Source of the DNA: Hyaloraphidium curvatum SAG 235-1 | Lineage: Eukaryota > Fungi > Monoblepharomycota | Direction: 5' to 3' | Assembly (NCBI GenBank): GCA_025558095.1 | Contig: JAIVFI010000025.1 | Location: 310,001-374,000 of the forward strand | DNA: 64,000 bases | Part shown: positions 37,001 to 49,021 of the stretch, in pieces | Position numbering within the stretch: the stretch's first letter is position 1 | Layout of the letters: every line of letters begins with the position of its first letter | Made by a program: the position numbers and the translations under genes | Notes under the pieces: model-generated | Told to the model about the DNA's origin: nothing | Database searches by the model: none | What the model saw: the letters and a program-made list of their open reading frames with translations, nothing else

Positions 37001-38438
37001 GCGTGGTCGCTCGAACTCGTATTCTTCCTCGACGACGACGGAAATGCCACCGATGCAGTTGGTCTCGTCCATCAAGGCGGACTGCATCGTGGCATCCACC
37101 AGAGCTTCACCGGCATCACCGTCCGATGAAGGCTCCTGGGGTTTCTGATCGAGCTCCTCCAAGACGGGCCCATCCGCTGCCTCGTGGTTCGCGCTTGCGG
37201 AAGACATGCGGCGAGTCGATTCTGCGCAGCGATCAGAACAAGAAGAGCATGATTGGCCGGCACTGCCCACCTATACCACCGTCGCATTCGACGAGCTCCA
37301 TGGACATCTCCGACAAGTTGTCTCCGTACTCCAAGCCGCTGTTGATCGAATGCGAGGTCATGTCCTCCTGATTGTCCACCTGCGCGAGACTGGAACGCCT
37401 GCGAGAGCTGGAAGAAACCACAGAAAGCCTGCGAGGCGAGCGCCGAGGGGAACTCATGGCGGAATCCAGCTGGGGCTGAATCGGGCTGGGCGGCACACTG
37501 CTGTTCAACCCGCTGCCGGGCGCAATGGTGCTGAAGCTCAGGTCCAGGACGTGGCGCACGCCATCATCATCTCCCGCCAAATGGCCCTTGGCATGCTCTG
37601 GAGAGCCACCTTTGACAGCAATCTCAAAGCTCCGTTGCCTAGAGAAGCGACGGTGAGTGAGGTAGCAGAGCGAAGCCGCGGATCAACGCACGAAGTGTCG
37701 CTGCTTATGCTGGTGTCGGGTCCCACGTGACCCGGGAGCGATAGCCGAAGGTCAAATGCGTCGCTGGAATCGCGCATTAGAAAGCCTTCAACGCGAGTAT
37801 TGCCAAAGTGCCCACCTCGTCCGCCGGACCGAAGAAAGGTCCGGAATCTGGAAGCCCGCGCTCGAACCGGAGAAGTTGAAGTCGGCCCCAACATCCTGTG
37901 TCTTGTTGGCATCCGGAGACTTGAGCCAGTCGTCGTCCTTCTCAAACAGACTGGCGACAGGTGTCAGCGAAGCAGCACGGGGCGGAAGCGCCCGGGACAC
38001 ACCGGATGTGGGCAGTCTGAGCGAAGCTCACGCGACGACCGAGAGATTTGCGGAAAGCCTTGGACTTGCGGTCCGCGGCGGGGCGCTTCTCCGCAGACTT
38101 GGGCTCGAAGGTCACGCCCTTCTCCTTCTTCGCTGAGCCCGGTCCCTCTCCGCTGTTAAGGACCGCCTCCGCATCCGAAAGCGCCGCCCGGGAAGGCGAT
38201 TTGGCACCCCCCGGCGACTTCAGGATGCTCTTGGCCGTCGTGGTTCCCTGCGCGACGGGCCGGTTCGGACCCCGCATGTCCCGTCCACGGCCCCGCCCAC
38301 CATTGTGCTCCTCCGCCGTCGCTTTCCGTCCAGAATCGAGTCCTGCGTGTTGTCCTCATTCTCCGCCGAACCACGCTTGGAAGGGGTTGTGGGCGCCGAG
38401 TTGGCGAACAGCCGCAGGCTCTCGCGCCGCTCGCTCAT
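34048..38438 (-). CDS. SPC105: Kinetochore protein Spc105/Spc7/KNL1
   Basis: SILK and RRVSF PP1-binding motifs, MELT-like MDVT/MDET repeats, C-terminal WYTWK coiled-coil region; 3' end approximate. Confidence 0.8.
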
Positions 38439-38643
38439 TGCGCCGCGGGGGCCGCCAGAGACGGAGCTGGCGGGGAAGGCGGATCCTCCGGCACGCTGCG
38501 GTGCCCGGGGGAAGTTCAACCGAGCCCGGACTGGGATCCTCCGGACCGGCTAATTCGAGCGTGTGTTTTGGTCGGCCGCGCCACGAACCGTTCACTCAAC
38601 CTTGTCAAAGCTGGTCAAGCAGTTACAAGAGAGACCAATAAAT

Positions 38644-40491
38644 TCATTCGTCCAGCTCCACCAGGAAAGGATGCACAAGGGCTTGGGCGGCGGTGATCCG
38701 CTCTCGGGGATCCAACGCAAACGTCTTGGTCAGGAGGTCGTACCCCTCGGGAGGAATGCGCGCCAGGAGGTCGGGGTGGTTCCGTTCGAGGATCTTTGTG
38801 CAGAGCCTGCGGAAGACGTCGTTCGGGTGCACGTCGTCGGGGATCGAAGGAATGTCGGTCTCCCAGGACACGTCTGCAAGGCAACACGGTTGGCCGGCGC
38901 CCACTAGGCTGCAGCCGCACCTACTGAAAAGAGCGGCGCAGTCCGACATGTTGCGATTGCCAAAGAGCTGTGCAATCTCGACTATGGCGTCCATGTCGTC
39001 GTTCGACTGGAAGAAAGGAAACTGCTGGGTGAAGAAGCAGAGCAAGATCACACCGCACGACCAAATGTCAATGGCTTGGATGGCATGTCAAGTGAGCTCG
39101 GCTCCCTGTCAAATCATGGGGCGCTTCACCTGTCGTTTGGTGCTGCACTTTGAAGAGGACCTCAGGAGCTCGGAAACCCCTGGTTCCAGCACGGTTCGCG
39201 CGGCGGCTTGGCCTAATGACGAGACGGATTAGCGAAAGATTGGCATGTCAATGCACCCGGAATGAGGCACACCTGGTGTCCTGCTTCAGCGTCTTGGGCA
39301 CTTTGAATGGCGAGGGCGCCGTCTTTGCCGAGCCGTGATCCCTGTCCCGCGCGCGCCGCAGCTGGGAAAGCAGCGGCTTCGTCTTGCCCGTTGTTTTGTC
39401 TCTGTATGTGTCGTCCGGCAATCGATCCACTTTCTGCATGGAAATGCGAGGTGAGCCGGAAAGTCATTGCGGAACAGGATGCCAGCGTGCCTGAGCGAGC
39501 CCGAAGTCCGTGAGCATGCCTCGTCGCAAGCGAAAATTGTAGAGGAAGTTGCTCGGTTTGATGTCCCTGGCAATGAGCGCTGGAGCAAGGTCGCGGACCT
39601 GAAATGACAAAAGCAAAACGCACCTGTGGAGAATGTTCTTCGCGTGCACGCTCTTGACCGCAACGAAAAGCTCCCTCATGTAAGCCCGAATCTCATCCAT
39701 CTCAAGCTTCATGTAGTATTCCTGCGGAGAGCGGGTTGACACGCATGCCGCGACCGACGCGACCCGACGCACTCGAAACTCCTGGTTGTCGAAGTAAGGC
39801 AGAACCGCCACGACTTGGTCGTTGTAGCGACTCGCAGTGATGATGGGGACAATACCGTCGGAGTACCTGAGAGCATTTCATTCGGTGACGAAGCCAAGCC
39901 GCGGCGGGGCGGAGCCCACCTGAGCTCCTTGAGGAGCTCAAGCTCGTTGTGGATCCTCTGCGCGCTGCTCGTGACGTAGATCCTCTTGAGGGCCACGTGC
40001 ACCACGTCCGGCTTCTCCGCCGAGATCCCCGCTTTGTGGAGCCAGTGGCCGTTCTCGTACCGGTTGAAGTTGAGGTCGATGGCCTTGTATACCGAGCTGA
40101 AGGTTCCTGTCCGCGCACGCTAAGTCTTCGCCGCGGACTTGGCCAAGACATGCGCACCCTCGCCGATCTTCTTCAGGACCTTGTAGTTCAAGGCGACGTC
40201 CGGCCACTGTTCGAGGAACATCTCGATTTCGTCCCTCTGCGCCTTGATCGACGTCACGTCCAAATCGCTGTCCGAGTCATCGTCGCTAGACGCGTCGTCC
40301 TCCATCATGCCGTTCGATTGGAAGAGGTCGGCATCGTCCGCGCCGTCGCCGTCGGCGAAGACGTCGTCCCCGCTCCGTCGCGACCCCACGTTCGTCGCCG
40401 TGTCCGAATGGTTCTCCTTGCCACTCTCCGAGTCCGGCAGCGGGCGTTTGAGAGGCTTCGCCCGCGATGGAGCCGAGGCGCGCCCCTCCAT
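38644..40491 (-). CDS. CDC7: Cdc7 (DDK) serine/threonine kinase
   Basis: KIGEGTFSSVYKAID, VALKRIYVTSS..RIHNEL, RDIKPSNFL, DFGLAQ, ANRAGTRGFRAPEVLFKC, FPFFQSNDD. Confidence 0.93.
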
Positions 40492-40590
40492 GGCTCGTGC
40501 TCGTGAAGAATTCCGGGCAGAGCGCGGGAGGCCTTCCAGCGCGTGCGAAATCACAACCTCGAAAGTCACGGACACAGAAACCATCAAATT

Positions 40591-42132
40591 CTATGAAATA
40601 CATTCAACATGACCATCAGGGAACTCCACTTCTCTCGCGCCGTCGTTGTAAGTGGTCTCGATGCACCCGGAGGCGGCCACATAGAGAACTTGATCACCTG
40701 AGGGAAACATCTGCCAGAGCAACCGTCGTTGACGTTAGAGCAAGCAATGCAACATGTAAAGCAGCATACCGTAATGACATCGCCGTTTGGATGGCTGTAG
40801 GTCGATTCCCCATTGGGCAGCCGGATCACGACGACGCCGTCACCCAGACACTCCATGGAGATGTTCCCGCCATAGGAACGGAGCAGAGTTCCGTCAGCAA
40901 GCATCGATTCCTGTATGGAGGTGGAAGAGTAATGAGAATCAAGTGGTACGTCGCGACGAAGAAGCCCGACTCCACCTGCACAAAGGTACCGGCCTCAACG
41001 ATCGACTGCATCTCGTCCAAACGAGCTCGCTGCGCCCGACAATCAAGCACTGGTGGAGATGGAAGCGGTTGAAAGGTTGATGTCAGCGCGTCACGACCAT
41101 GGGATGCCGTCTTTGGTGCCCGCTTGCTGGTCGGCGGACCGAGAGAGCGTGCTGCGACCGAATGCCCTGGTAGAGCAGTCTCGGGAGAAAGCGAAGTTGC
41201 TCCAAAGGTCAATCGCTCTGCAACAGGCTCTTTGCGAATAGTCGCGTGCCCCGCCGCCTGCGGCCCGATCGAGGAAAGCTTGGCGTCCCGAAGCTCCCGC
41301 TGCAGCTCCCGCATTTGCCGCTGAAGTGCCGAAACCTCCCGCGACGTCGCCAAAATCACGTTCGGAGGCTTGGCAAGAGGTTGGGTGACCCTGAAAAGCA
41401 CCGCATCAGTATTGGAAGCCCGACGCACTGAAAGAGCACCAACTCTGTCGTTCCTCCTGGTGAGCGCCCAAGCTTCGAGCTCCGATGCGTCGGGGTTTCC
41501 ACAGCATGTCGGGGATGAAGCTGGACTGGTTGTTTTCCGGAAGCACGGGGGCCGGGACCACATGCTCGCACTTTGGTCCTCGTAGGAAGGTCCTTTCCGC
41601 GACTCGGCGAAGTGACACGTTGCTTTGGGACAACAAGACCTTCCACTTCGCGCCCAGACATCACTGCAGCGGATGTTTCGCCCCCGTTCGGTGCCGAATC
41701 ATCCCCCCCGCCCTCGTCAGTCAGGAACGAGCAGTCCGCGGCGAGCTTCGGGAACAAGGTCCTCAGGTAGTCCTTGGGTCCCATCGATCTCTTCGGGCTC
41801 CCTTGCTCCGCCTTGTTTTCTTTGTCCGGTGCGATGTGTCGCGTCGGGAAGGCCGCGGTCCCGCCGCCGTGCTCCTTCGCTGACTTCCCCGGGGAACGGG
41901 CGGTGGTGCGCCCCTCCTCCCCGTCCTTCCTCGTCTCCCGCAAGGTTCGTCCGGAATCTGCCGATTTCGGCTTGTTCGGCCTCCGCTCCGCAACGGGTTC
42001 CGGTGCAGATGGCATGGACCGCCTCTCCAGCTCCGCAAAGTCTGCGAGGCACCGTTCCAGCCGTTCCTGCTCGGCCCTCCAGTCCTCGAGCGTGTCTTCC
42101 CATGGGGAGCCCGGCGCATCGGCGTGCGCCAT
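40591..42132 (-). CDS. SAS-4/CENPJ-like centriolar protein (TCP10 C-terminal G-box)
   Basis: N-terminal EQERLERCLADFAELE (PN2-3-like), coiled coil, C-terminal PNG/PSG/PDG beta-hairpin repeats (LPNGE..HPNGDV..FPSGDQVLY..ETTYNDG..VEFPDGHVE). Confidence 0.6.
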
Positions 42133-42328
42133 GGCTTCACGGGCTCTGGCCACGGAAGATTCGAAGCTTTGACACCGATATCAAATGCCCGCACGACCGT
42201 GGTCAAAACTCATCGTCTCGCACCCCCTGCCCAACATTCGAGTCCGCGAGAGAACAAGATGTATTCTTAAAAAGCACGAAAATGGGAATCCAATCTGTAC
42301 ATCCGACATAAGTGAGAGAGTGCTTGAC

Positions 42329-45197
42329 TCACGATTTATGCCTGGCGGTGACGGCGTCAGGAAACCAATCCGGGCATCAGCGAGAACAGAACGAACCTCT
42401 TTGCGTTGTCACGCGACGCCCGGATGAGGGGTGACAAGCTCCTAAGGGGCTCCGCCTTCTGAATGAACGGATGCTGGGGAGGGAACATGGTGAGCCGGGT
42501 CGGAAACAATCCACGTGGACCACCAACCTTGAGGGCCTCGTCGCTCGTCGGCCTCCGGTCGCAGTCAACCTCGAGGCAGCACCTCAAAAAGTCGCGGAAT
42601 ACGAGGCTCAGGCTCTCGGGGTTCTGCAGCTTGGGCGTGCCGTTGGTGGCGATGAGGTACAGGGCGCGCAGGGGGTTCTCGTTCAGGTATGGCGGCTCGC
42701 CCTCGACCATCTCGATGCACATGACGCCCAGGGACCAGATGTCGACCTTGGGCCCGTACTCCTTGCGCGTCACGACCTCAGGCGCCATCCAGTAGGGAGT
42801 GCCGACCATGGTCGTCCGCTTGTTCTGCGTCTCGAAAAGCTGCGCGCAGAAACCGAAATCGGCTGCGGGAAACCCGTCAGCGGGATGCGACGGACGACAG
42901 GGCAGGGGATATGCACTGAGCTTGACGTCACCCGCCATAGAGAGCAGCACGTTGTCCGACTTGATGTCGCGGTGGATCACGCCCCTGGAGTGCAGGTGCG
43001 ACAGCCCCTCGAGCACCTCGCGGCACACGGCGGCAATTTGTCCCTCCGTCATGTAGTTGCTCGTCACCACGTCGGTGAGCGAGCCGCCCTCCATGTACTC
43101 CATGATGACCTGCGGGACCGTCAGCGGAGCGCTGGCCGAACGGGCAGCGAAGGGACGCACCCAGAGGTCCCCCTTCCACAGGCAGCCGTCGATGTAGTTG
43201 ACGATGTTCTTGTGCCTCATCTCCTTCATGACGATGATCTCGTTGATGATGAGGTCCTTCTTGGGCTGCTGCTCCAGGTTCATCTGCTTGATCGCCACCA
43301 GCTGGTTGGTCGAGTTCTGGTACGCCGTGTAGACGCCCCCGGACGCTCTGTAGGTGAAGGGAATTCAGCAACGAGCAGTTGAACCGATCGCGCCGCACGA
43401 CGCACCCCTGGCCAATCTTTGTCAGGTTCCTGTAGGCCTTCGTCGGGTCCGTGTCGCTGACGATGGTCTTGAGCCGCTCCATCACGTCGTCCGTCGTCGT
43501 CACCTTGGGCGCGCGGCGCTGGTTCGGCGCCGGCATGGTCACCTCCTGCACCGCGGGCACGGACCGGTCCGGTTCCCGCGGCCGGCTCGGCTTGGGCGGC
43601 GGGAAGGCGCCGGCCGAGGGCTGAGCCTGCCTCGACGAACTCGAGGGTTGGGAAGAGGAGGAGGAGGAGGAGGGGCCGGGCTGGGTGGGTTTGGGCGGGT
43701 CGACGCGGCGGGGAGGCAGGCGGGGCGAGCTCGATCGGGCGGCGGAGGAGGAAGAAGGGGCGGCCTGCGCCGAGGCCGGCGGCACGACCTGCGTAGGGGC
43801 GGGGAAGGACTGCTGCTGCACCTGCGCAGGGACAGCGGCTGGCGGCGGCGCGCTCGTGAGCTGCTCGAACTGCTGCGTCCTCTGCGCGACAAGCGCCTTG
43901 GCCGCCTTTTCCTCGGCCGAGGTGGGGGCCCCTGCATGGACGTAAGTTAGAAACATTGGCCAAGCGACTGGAAGAAGACGCCTACGGGTCGGTTTCGGCG
44001 GCGGAGCAGCGCTCAAATCCAGGTTCTCCGTGGCCGGTTCGGGCAGCTGGGGCGGGTACGCCGCGACCTGGCCCGACGGCGGCAGCACCGTCGGCTGCGC
44101 GGCCGGCACGGCAGAAGGCTGCTCCACGACCGCCTTGTAGTCCTCGAAGCCCTTGAGCTGCTCCGCCGAGGGGCCGCCCGTCGCAGGCACAAAGGCCGGG
44201 CGGGCAGGCATGGTCGGGGGCTTCGCCGCAGCGGGGGCGGGCACGACGTCCCCGGGCTTTGCCGGCTTGCTCTGCGGCACGTCCCGGCGCGGCAGCGACG
44301 GCGGAGAGGTCAAGGCAGCAGCCGCGGCCACAGCGGCGTCTCCCTTCTGCTTCGACACCATGTACTTCTGGCTCTCGCCCATCTGGCCGCCGGTGTAAAA
44401 GTTCATGACGTCGATGACGGCCTGCGGGTGTGCCTGGACTTCCTGCTTCGTGATGCCGGCCTCCTCGAGCAGCATCTTCCACTCCCTCGGCAGGCCCTGG
44501 GTTGGGGGTAACGGGCACGTCAGGGCGGAGGCCGATACCGGCACACAGTGGGACGCACCGTGAACTCCCCGGTCTCTGCATTGTAGCCCACGTGCGTCAG
44601 ATGCTTCGCGTTGAACGGCAGCGAGATTTCGATCTTCTTCTCCGTCGAGAACATGTCCGTGATCGCGCCGACGAACGACGAGAAGGCCCCCTTCAATTTT
44701 GGCGGGCGCTTCTCCTCCGTGGGCGTCGACGGGAGCGCGGCCGGCAGCGTGGCGGCGTGCACCAGCTGCGGGGCGGGTCCGGGAGCGGGGGCGGCCTGCT
44801 GGGGCGGCACCGCGGCCACCGCGGCCACGTCGATTGGCGGCGGGGCGGTCGCGGCCGCGGGCACCGAGCGCTGCTGCGCCGGCGGCGATTTGCGGCGCGG
44901 CGGCGGCACGTTCCTTGCTGGTGCGCGCGCGGCCTGCGGCGACGGCGGGTCTTGTTTGGGCGGCGGTGGCGGGCCGACCGGGCGCGGCGGCATGGCCGGC
45001 GGGGCGGCGGGGGCGGCAGCGGGACGCGGCGGGGCGGCCGGCGCGCGCCCGGCGGTCCCCGGGCCGGCGGCCGCCTCGGGGGCCGGCTCGGCCGCGTAGC
45101 CCACCGGCGAGCTCCCTGTCATGCCGCCCCCAGCGTCCGGTATTCCGGGGTACAAATTGCCGGTCCCCACAACGTCTTCAGCTGGACTGTACATCAT
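42329..45197 (-). CDS. STE20: PAK/Ste20 family kinase
   Basis: [19 protein letters not shown]; kinase [48 protein letters not shown]; C-terminal SLSPLI. Confidence 0.93.
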
Positions 45198-46000
45198 CGC
45201 AGGGTCAGCGGGGGGATCGGCCGCACATGCGGGGGTGGGCCGGAGTGGTGGGTGTGACGGGCCGGGAGTTGGCCGTCCAAACGCTCCGTAGAGCCGAGTT
45301 CACCCCCTCGCCGTCGCCATGGCTCCCTGACCAGCGTTGTCCGCTGTTGAAGCTAGATATTATTAACATGCACAAGATTCTGGAGCCAGGGAGCTCACAA
45401 GGTCGAACGGACACGGAGGGACCCGGGAGTGTTTCGGCCCTGACAGGCCCCTCGTGTCTTCGATCGGCGGCCTCAAAATTCAGTAGAGCCCATGCATCTT
45501 GTTGGTCTACCTCAATTGCATCGGCGATCGTGGCTTTCGAGGGCACAGGATGTCCAGAGCCTCCGACGTGCGTGAGGACGCGTCCGCAACGCGGACCACG
45601 ACGTGCCCGTCGGCGATCGGCTGTGTTCCCCTGAGCCGAGGCAGTGCCAGCTCATTCAACTGCAAGATCCCGCTATTTTCGCTTCGGATCAGCCTGTTTG
45701 TCCCGACTTTTCCGGGAGGGAGTGTGTGCACCTTCCTTTTTCCCGTGGCGGAAACAATCAAACATTGCTTCTTTCATGCAGGGCGCCCTGCGCGCGACTG
45801 CCTGCATTTCCCGCCGCTTTGCGCTGCTCGGCATCTCGTTCGCTGCCGAGCGAAGCGTTCCCGGGGGGAGCAACGCACTGGCCGGCCCCGGAGGATCTTT
45901 TCTCGCGCTCGTGAAGGCCTTCCCTCTCGGTGAACAGAGAGCATCGTTCCTGCGCCCGCATTCCACGAACCCGGCCGGGAACAGTACGGGCAAGGCCGCG

Positions 46001-47092
46001 ATGTCCGGCACGAAGCGGCCCCGTGCGGCGTCGGACGCCCCCGCTCCGCAGGACGGAACCCCGCGGCCCGCAAAGAAGGCCCGCGCCGACCACCCGAAAC
46101 CCACGGCGCAGAAACCCGCTCCCGCCTCTGCGGGCGCAGCTTTCGTGCGTGAACTGGCCAACAAGCGGGGGCACGACCAGACCTACTCCCATCCGCTCCC
46201 CATCAGCTCCCGCCCCATCCTCTCCGTCCTGTACCCCTCTACGGACCCCCCGAAGGGGATCGCGGTGCACTACACCAGCTCCCCCGAACGCGTGGATGCC
46301 TTTCTGGACTCTTTGCCCCCTCCCCCCTTTGCCCTGGGCTTCGACACCGAGAGCCGCCCCGTATTCCGCAAGGGCCAGCCGGCAAACCCGCCGTGCTGCG
46401 TGCAGCTGGCGACGGAGCGCGAGGCGCTGGTCGTGCACATCCGCCATGAGGGCGGCGGCGGACGGGCAGGGAGCGCGCTGACGCCCAAGCTGAGGGCGCT
46501 GCTCGAGGACCCGCGCGTGTTGAAGGTCGGCGTCGGGGCCGTGGAGGACGGAGAAGGACTCAGGCTCTCCTGGAAGGTGGCCGTCAAGGGATGCATCAAC
46601 GTCAACAGGGCGGCCGAATACTTTACCGGCGAGCGCGTGTTTGGCGAGACCAAGCACGAGCGCCTCGTGCGGTTCGAGCAGGAGCGCCTGATCCGGCGCG
46701 CGCTGTCGGCCCGCGAATCCGAATCCGAGGCCGCATCAGAAGCGGGAAGCACCGTCGCCGCATCGGAAGCGCCGTCGTCCGAGGGCTCGTTTGCCGAATC
46801 GCTGTCCACCCTGGCGGCGTCGGCCGACGAACCCTTCGGCCTGCGCCAGTTCCTCCCGGGCTACGGGCTCAAGAACCTGACCGCATTTTTCCTGGACACG
46901 CAACTCGCCAAGCCCAAGAGCATCAGCAGGTCGAACTGGGAGCGCTTCCCGCTCACGACGGCGCAGCTCGATTATGCCGCGCTGGACGCTTGGATCTCGC
47001 TGATGCTTTTTGTGCGTGTCAAGGACCTCGCCGGGCTGCAGAACATGAGGCTGTGGCACGCGGAGCACTCCAAGCACGGGCATTTCTACTGA
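46001..47092 (+). CDS. WRN/EXD2-like DEDDy 3'-5' exonuclease, intronless
   Basis: LGFDTE (ExoI), KVGVGAVED (ExoII), GLKNL..KSISRSNWE..LT..QLDYAALDAW (ExoIII). Confidence 0.85.
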   Translation: MSGTKRPRAASDAPAPQDGTPRPAKKARADHPKPTAQKPAPASAGAAFVRELANKRGHDQTYSHPLPISSRPILSVLYPSTDPPKGIAVHYTSSPERVDAFLDSLPPPPFALGFDTESRPVFRKGQPANPPCCVQLATEREALVVHIRHEGGGGRAGSALTPKLRALLEDPRVLKVGVGAVEDGEGLRLSWKVAVKGCINVNRAAEYFTGERVFGETKHERLVRFEQERLIRRALSARESESEAASEAGSTVAASEAPSSEGSFAESLSTLAASADEPFGLRQFLPGYGLKNLTAFFLDTQLAKPKSISRSNWERFPLTTAQLDYAALDAWISLMLFVRVKDLAGLQNMRLWHAEHSKHGHFY

Positions 47093-47211
47093 TTCCCTGC
47101 TTTTGGGATGTAGGGATCGGCGATGTAGTGCAGACTCCCGAAATGGACGGTGCGCGAGGCAAAGTCCTGCAATGACCAAGCCGTCCGATTCGTGACATTC
47201 TACACGTCCGC

Positions 47212-47994
47212 CTAGGATTGCGGGTACTCGCGGCCCTGCACCGCCTTGTCTTTGCGGTAGTTTGGCGGGAAGGGCCACCCGAACGTCTCGCCGCGCTCCT
47301 CCAACCGCCGCTCGGCCTCGACGCGCGCCCAGACCGTGGGCCTGTCGGGCAAATGAGTTAGGAAGTCCAAACAAAAACAAGCACGGCCCGGCGAAGGCAC
47401 GACGCGTAGTCCACTCTCCGGCATGGCGGCCGCGCAACGCAGGGCGCAAGTAGGGCGCAATACCGGCAGCCACCCGACGATACGCAGCCACGCCAACCAA
47501 CGCGTGATCCGAACGCGAGCCAACCATTCCCAAATCCCGTCGAGAGACTCACTTGTGGTCAGGCTTCTTGGAGTAGAGGTACGCAAACACGACGACTCCC
47601 CCGACGAAACCCGTGTAAATGGGCGCCTCCCACCACTCCCACTTTCGCTTCTGCCCCGGAGGAAGCGGCTGCCGGTATGGGAAGCGTCAGTCGGCGTTCT
47701 CTTCGTCCTCGATCCGAACCCAGGTCCCGGGCCCGTGTCCGAGTCCTCCGCGGACGGATCGCCTCTTGGCGATGCCATCCGACTGGCCCAAGCCGTCCAC
47801 TCGGATCCGCGATGCGTCCGATCGCTTTCCGTCCGGCTCCGGATGCCCGTTTCGTACCGACGTTGCGGCCCCACCTTCTCGTTGAAGAGGTACCCGCCCG
47901 GCTCGTAGAAGGGCTCGTCCCCGTGGCCGGCCCGCCGCACGGAAGAGGAGTGGAATAGCCGTCGCGGCAGCAGCCGCGCTCGGGCGAGGAGCAT
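47212..47994 (-). CDS. Complex I ESSS subunit (NDUFB11-like)
   Basis: Mitochondrial presequence, EPGGYLFNEK/PLPPGQKRKWEWWE, TM helix, KPD..WARVEAERRL; two ~200-nt introns. Confidence 0.8.
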   Translation of the reverse strand: MLLARARLLPRRLFHSSSVRRAGHGDEPFYEPGGYLFNEKVGPQRRYETGIRSRTESDRTHRGSEWTAWASRMASPRGDPSAEDSDTGPGPGFGSRTKRTPTDASHTGSRFLRGRSESGSGGRRPFTRVSSGESSCLRTSTPRSLTTSESLDGIWEWLARVRITRWLAWLRIVGWLPVLRPTCALRCAAAMPESGLRVVPSPGRACFCLDFLTHLPDRPTVWARVEAERRLEERGETFGWPFPPNYRKDKAVQGREYPQS

Positions 47995-48184
47995 CGCGCG
48001 TTTGGGATGGGTGAGGGGTAGGAGAGGACGGGCCTCTACTTCGCCGCGCCGCACTCCCACCAGTGGTGGCGCCTTCCTCGAACACTGTTGGACAAAACCT
48101 GCCGGAGACCAGAGGCAGGCATCGTTTCTGCTCTATTGGAGCTTTTGAAGCAGTCCCATTGATCTTTCGGCGCCGCCTCACAGG

Positions 48185-48810
48185 ATGGCTCCCCAGATTT
48201 CGGCCAGCGCCTCGCCGGGCGCCCGCGTGTACCCTACGCCGCAACTCAAGACCTTCTTCGGAAGGACATTCTGGCCAGCACCCATATTTAAGTCTGTCTG
48301 GCCTTTCCTGTTCACTTTCACGGGTCTGGTGTTCATGAACCGGGCGTTGGTGACCGCGATGGAGAACGGTGGGCACTTCGCGGCGTCCAAGGGCCGCAAA
48401 ACTCACCCGTGCGTCCCATCCGCCAGACCCGTACGACAAGTGGAACCGGCAGGTGTGCGTATTGGGTGCTGGGCGGGGCCTGGGAGACGGGGAGGTGTTT
48501 CGGAGGGGCTGGAGGCGTTCCGCCCGTTTCGACGACGGGGCTGCGGCAAGGGCCCATCCGCCTTTGCGGTCCCGGGATGTGGGCTGGAACAGCGTCTGCC
48601 GCACTGCCTTGGGTCGGATAATTCGCGGAAGGACCACCGGTCGGGATGGAAACGGGCGAATCTGGGTTTCGCAGGTCGGCAAACAGCATCTCACGAAAAT
48701 TGCCTTGCAGGGCCATCGTCAACGCCGACACCGCGAAGGGCAAGGAGAAGGGCGAGGCCACTGCCTATTACATGGAGCAGCGCAAGAAGGCCGAGGAGAA
48801 GCACCACTAG
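48185..48810 (+). CDS. ATP18: ATP synthase subunit j/i (Atp18-like)
   Basis: FFGRTFWPAPIFKSVWPFL + TM + AMENDPYDKWN resembles fungal subunit j; three exons. Confidence 0.6.
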
Positions 48811-49021
48811 ACGGCTTTTGTACGCGGCCTCTTCAATTCACGGTTGCCCAGATTCCGCCAGATCATCGTTCAATTATCACCGGGGTACCTACTACGAGCC
48901 TCCTGGGTCTACGGATGCCCGTCCGTGCTGGGGATTCTGCGCGCAGGAAGCACTGGACGGCCGGTGTACAACTCAGGCAACTCGAGCAAGAAAGAGTAGT
49001 TGATTGAGATACACGTCGGCA

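Noticed and set aside
45198-46000. Longer intergenic gaps (also 11803-12330 and 61632-62073) as sites of tRNA/ncRNA genes
   Set aside because: No cloverleaf, A/B boxes or recognisable RNA motifs; consistent with promoters and UTRs
45644-46000. N-terminal extension of the exonuclease ORF
   Set aside because: Starts at GTG; the first ATG in good context is at 46001
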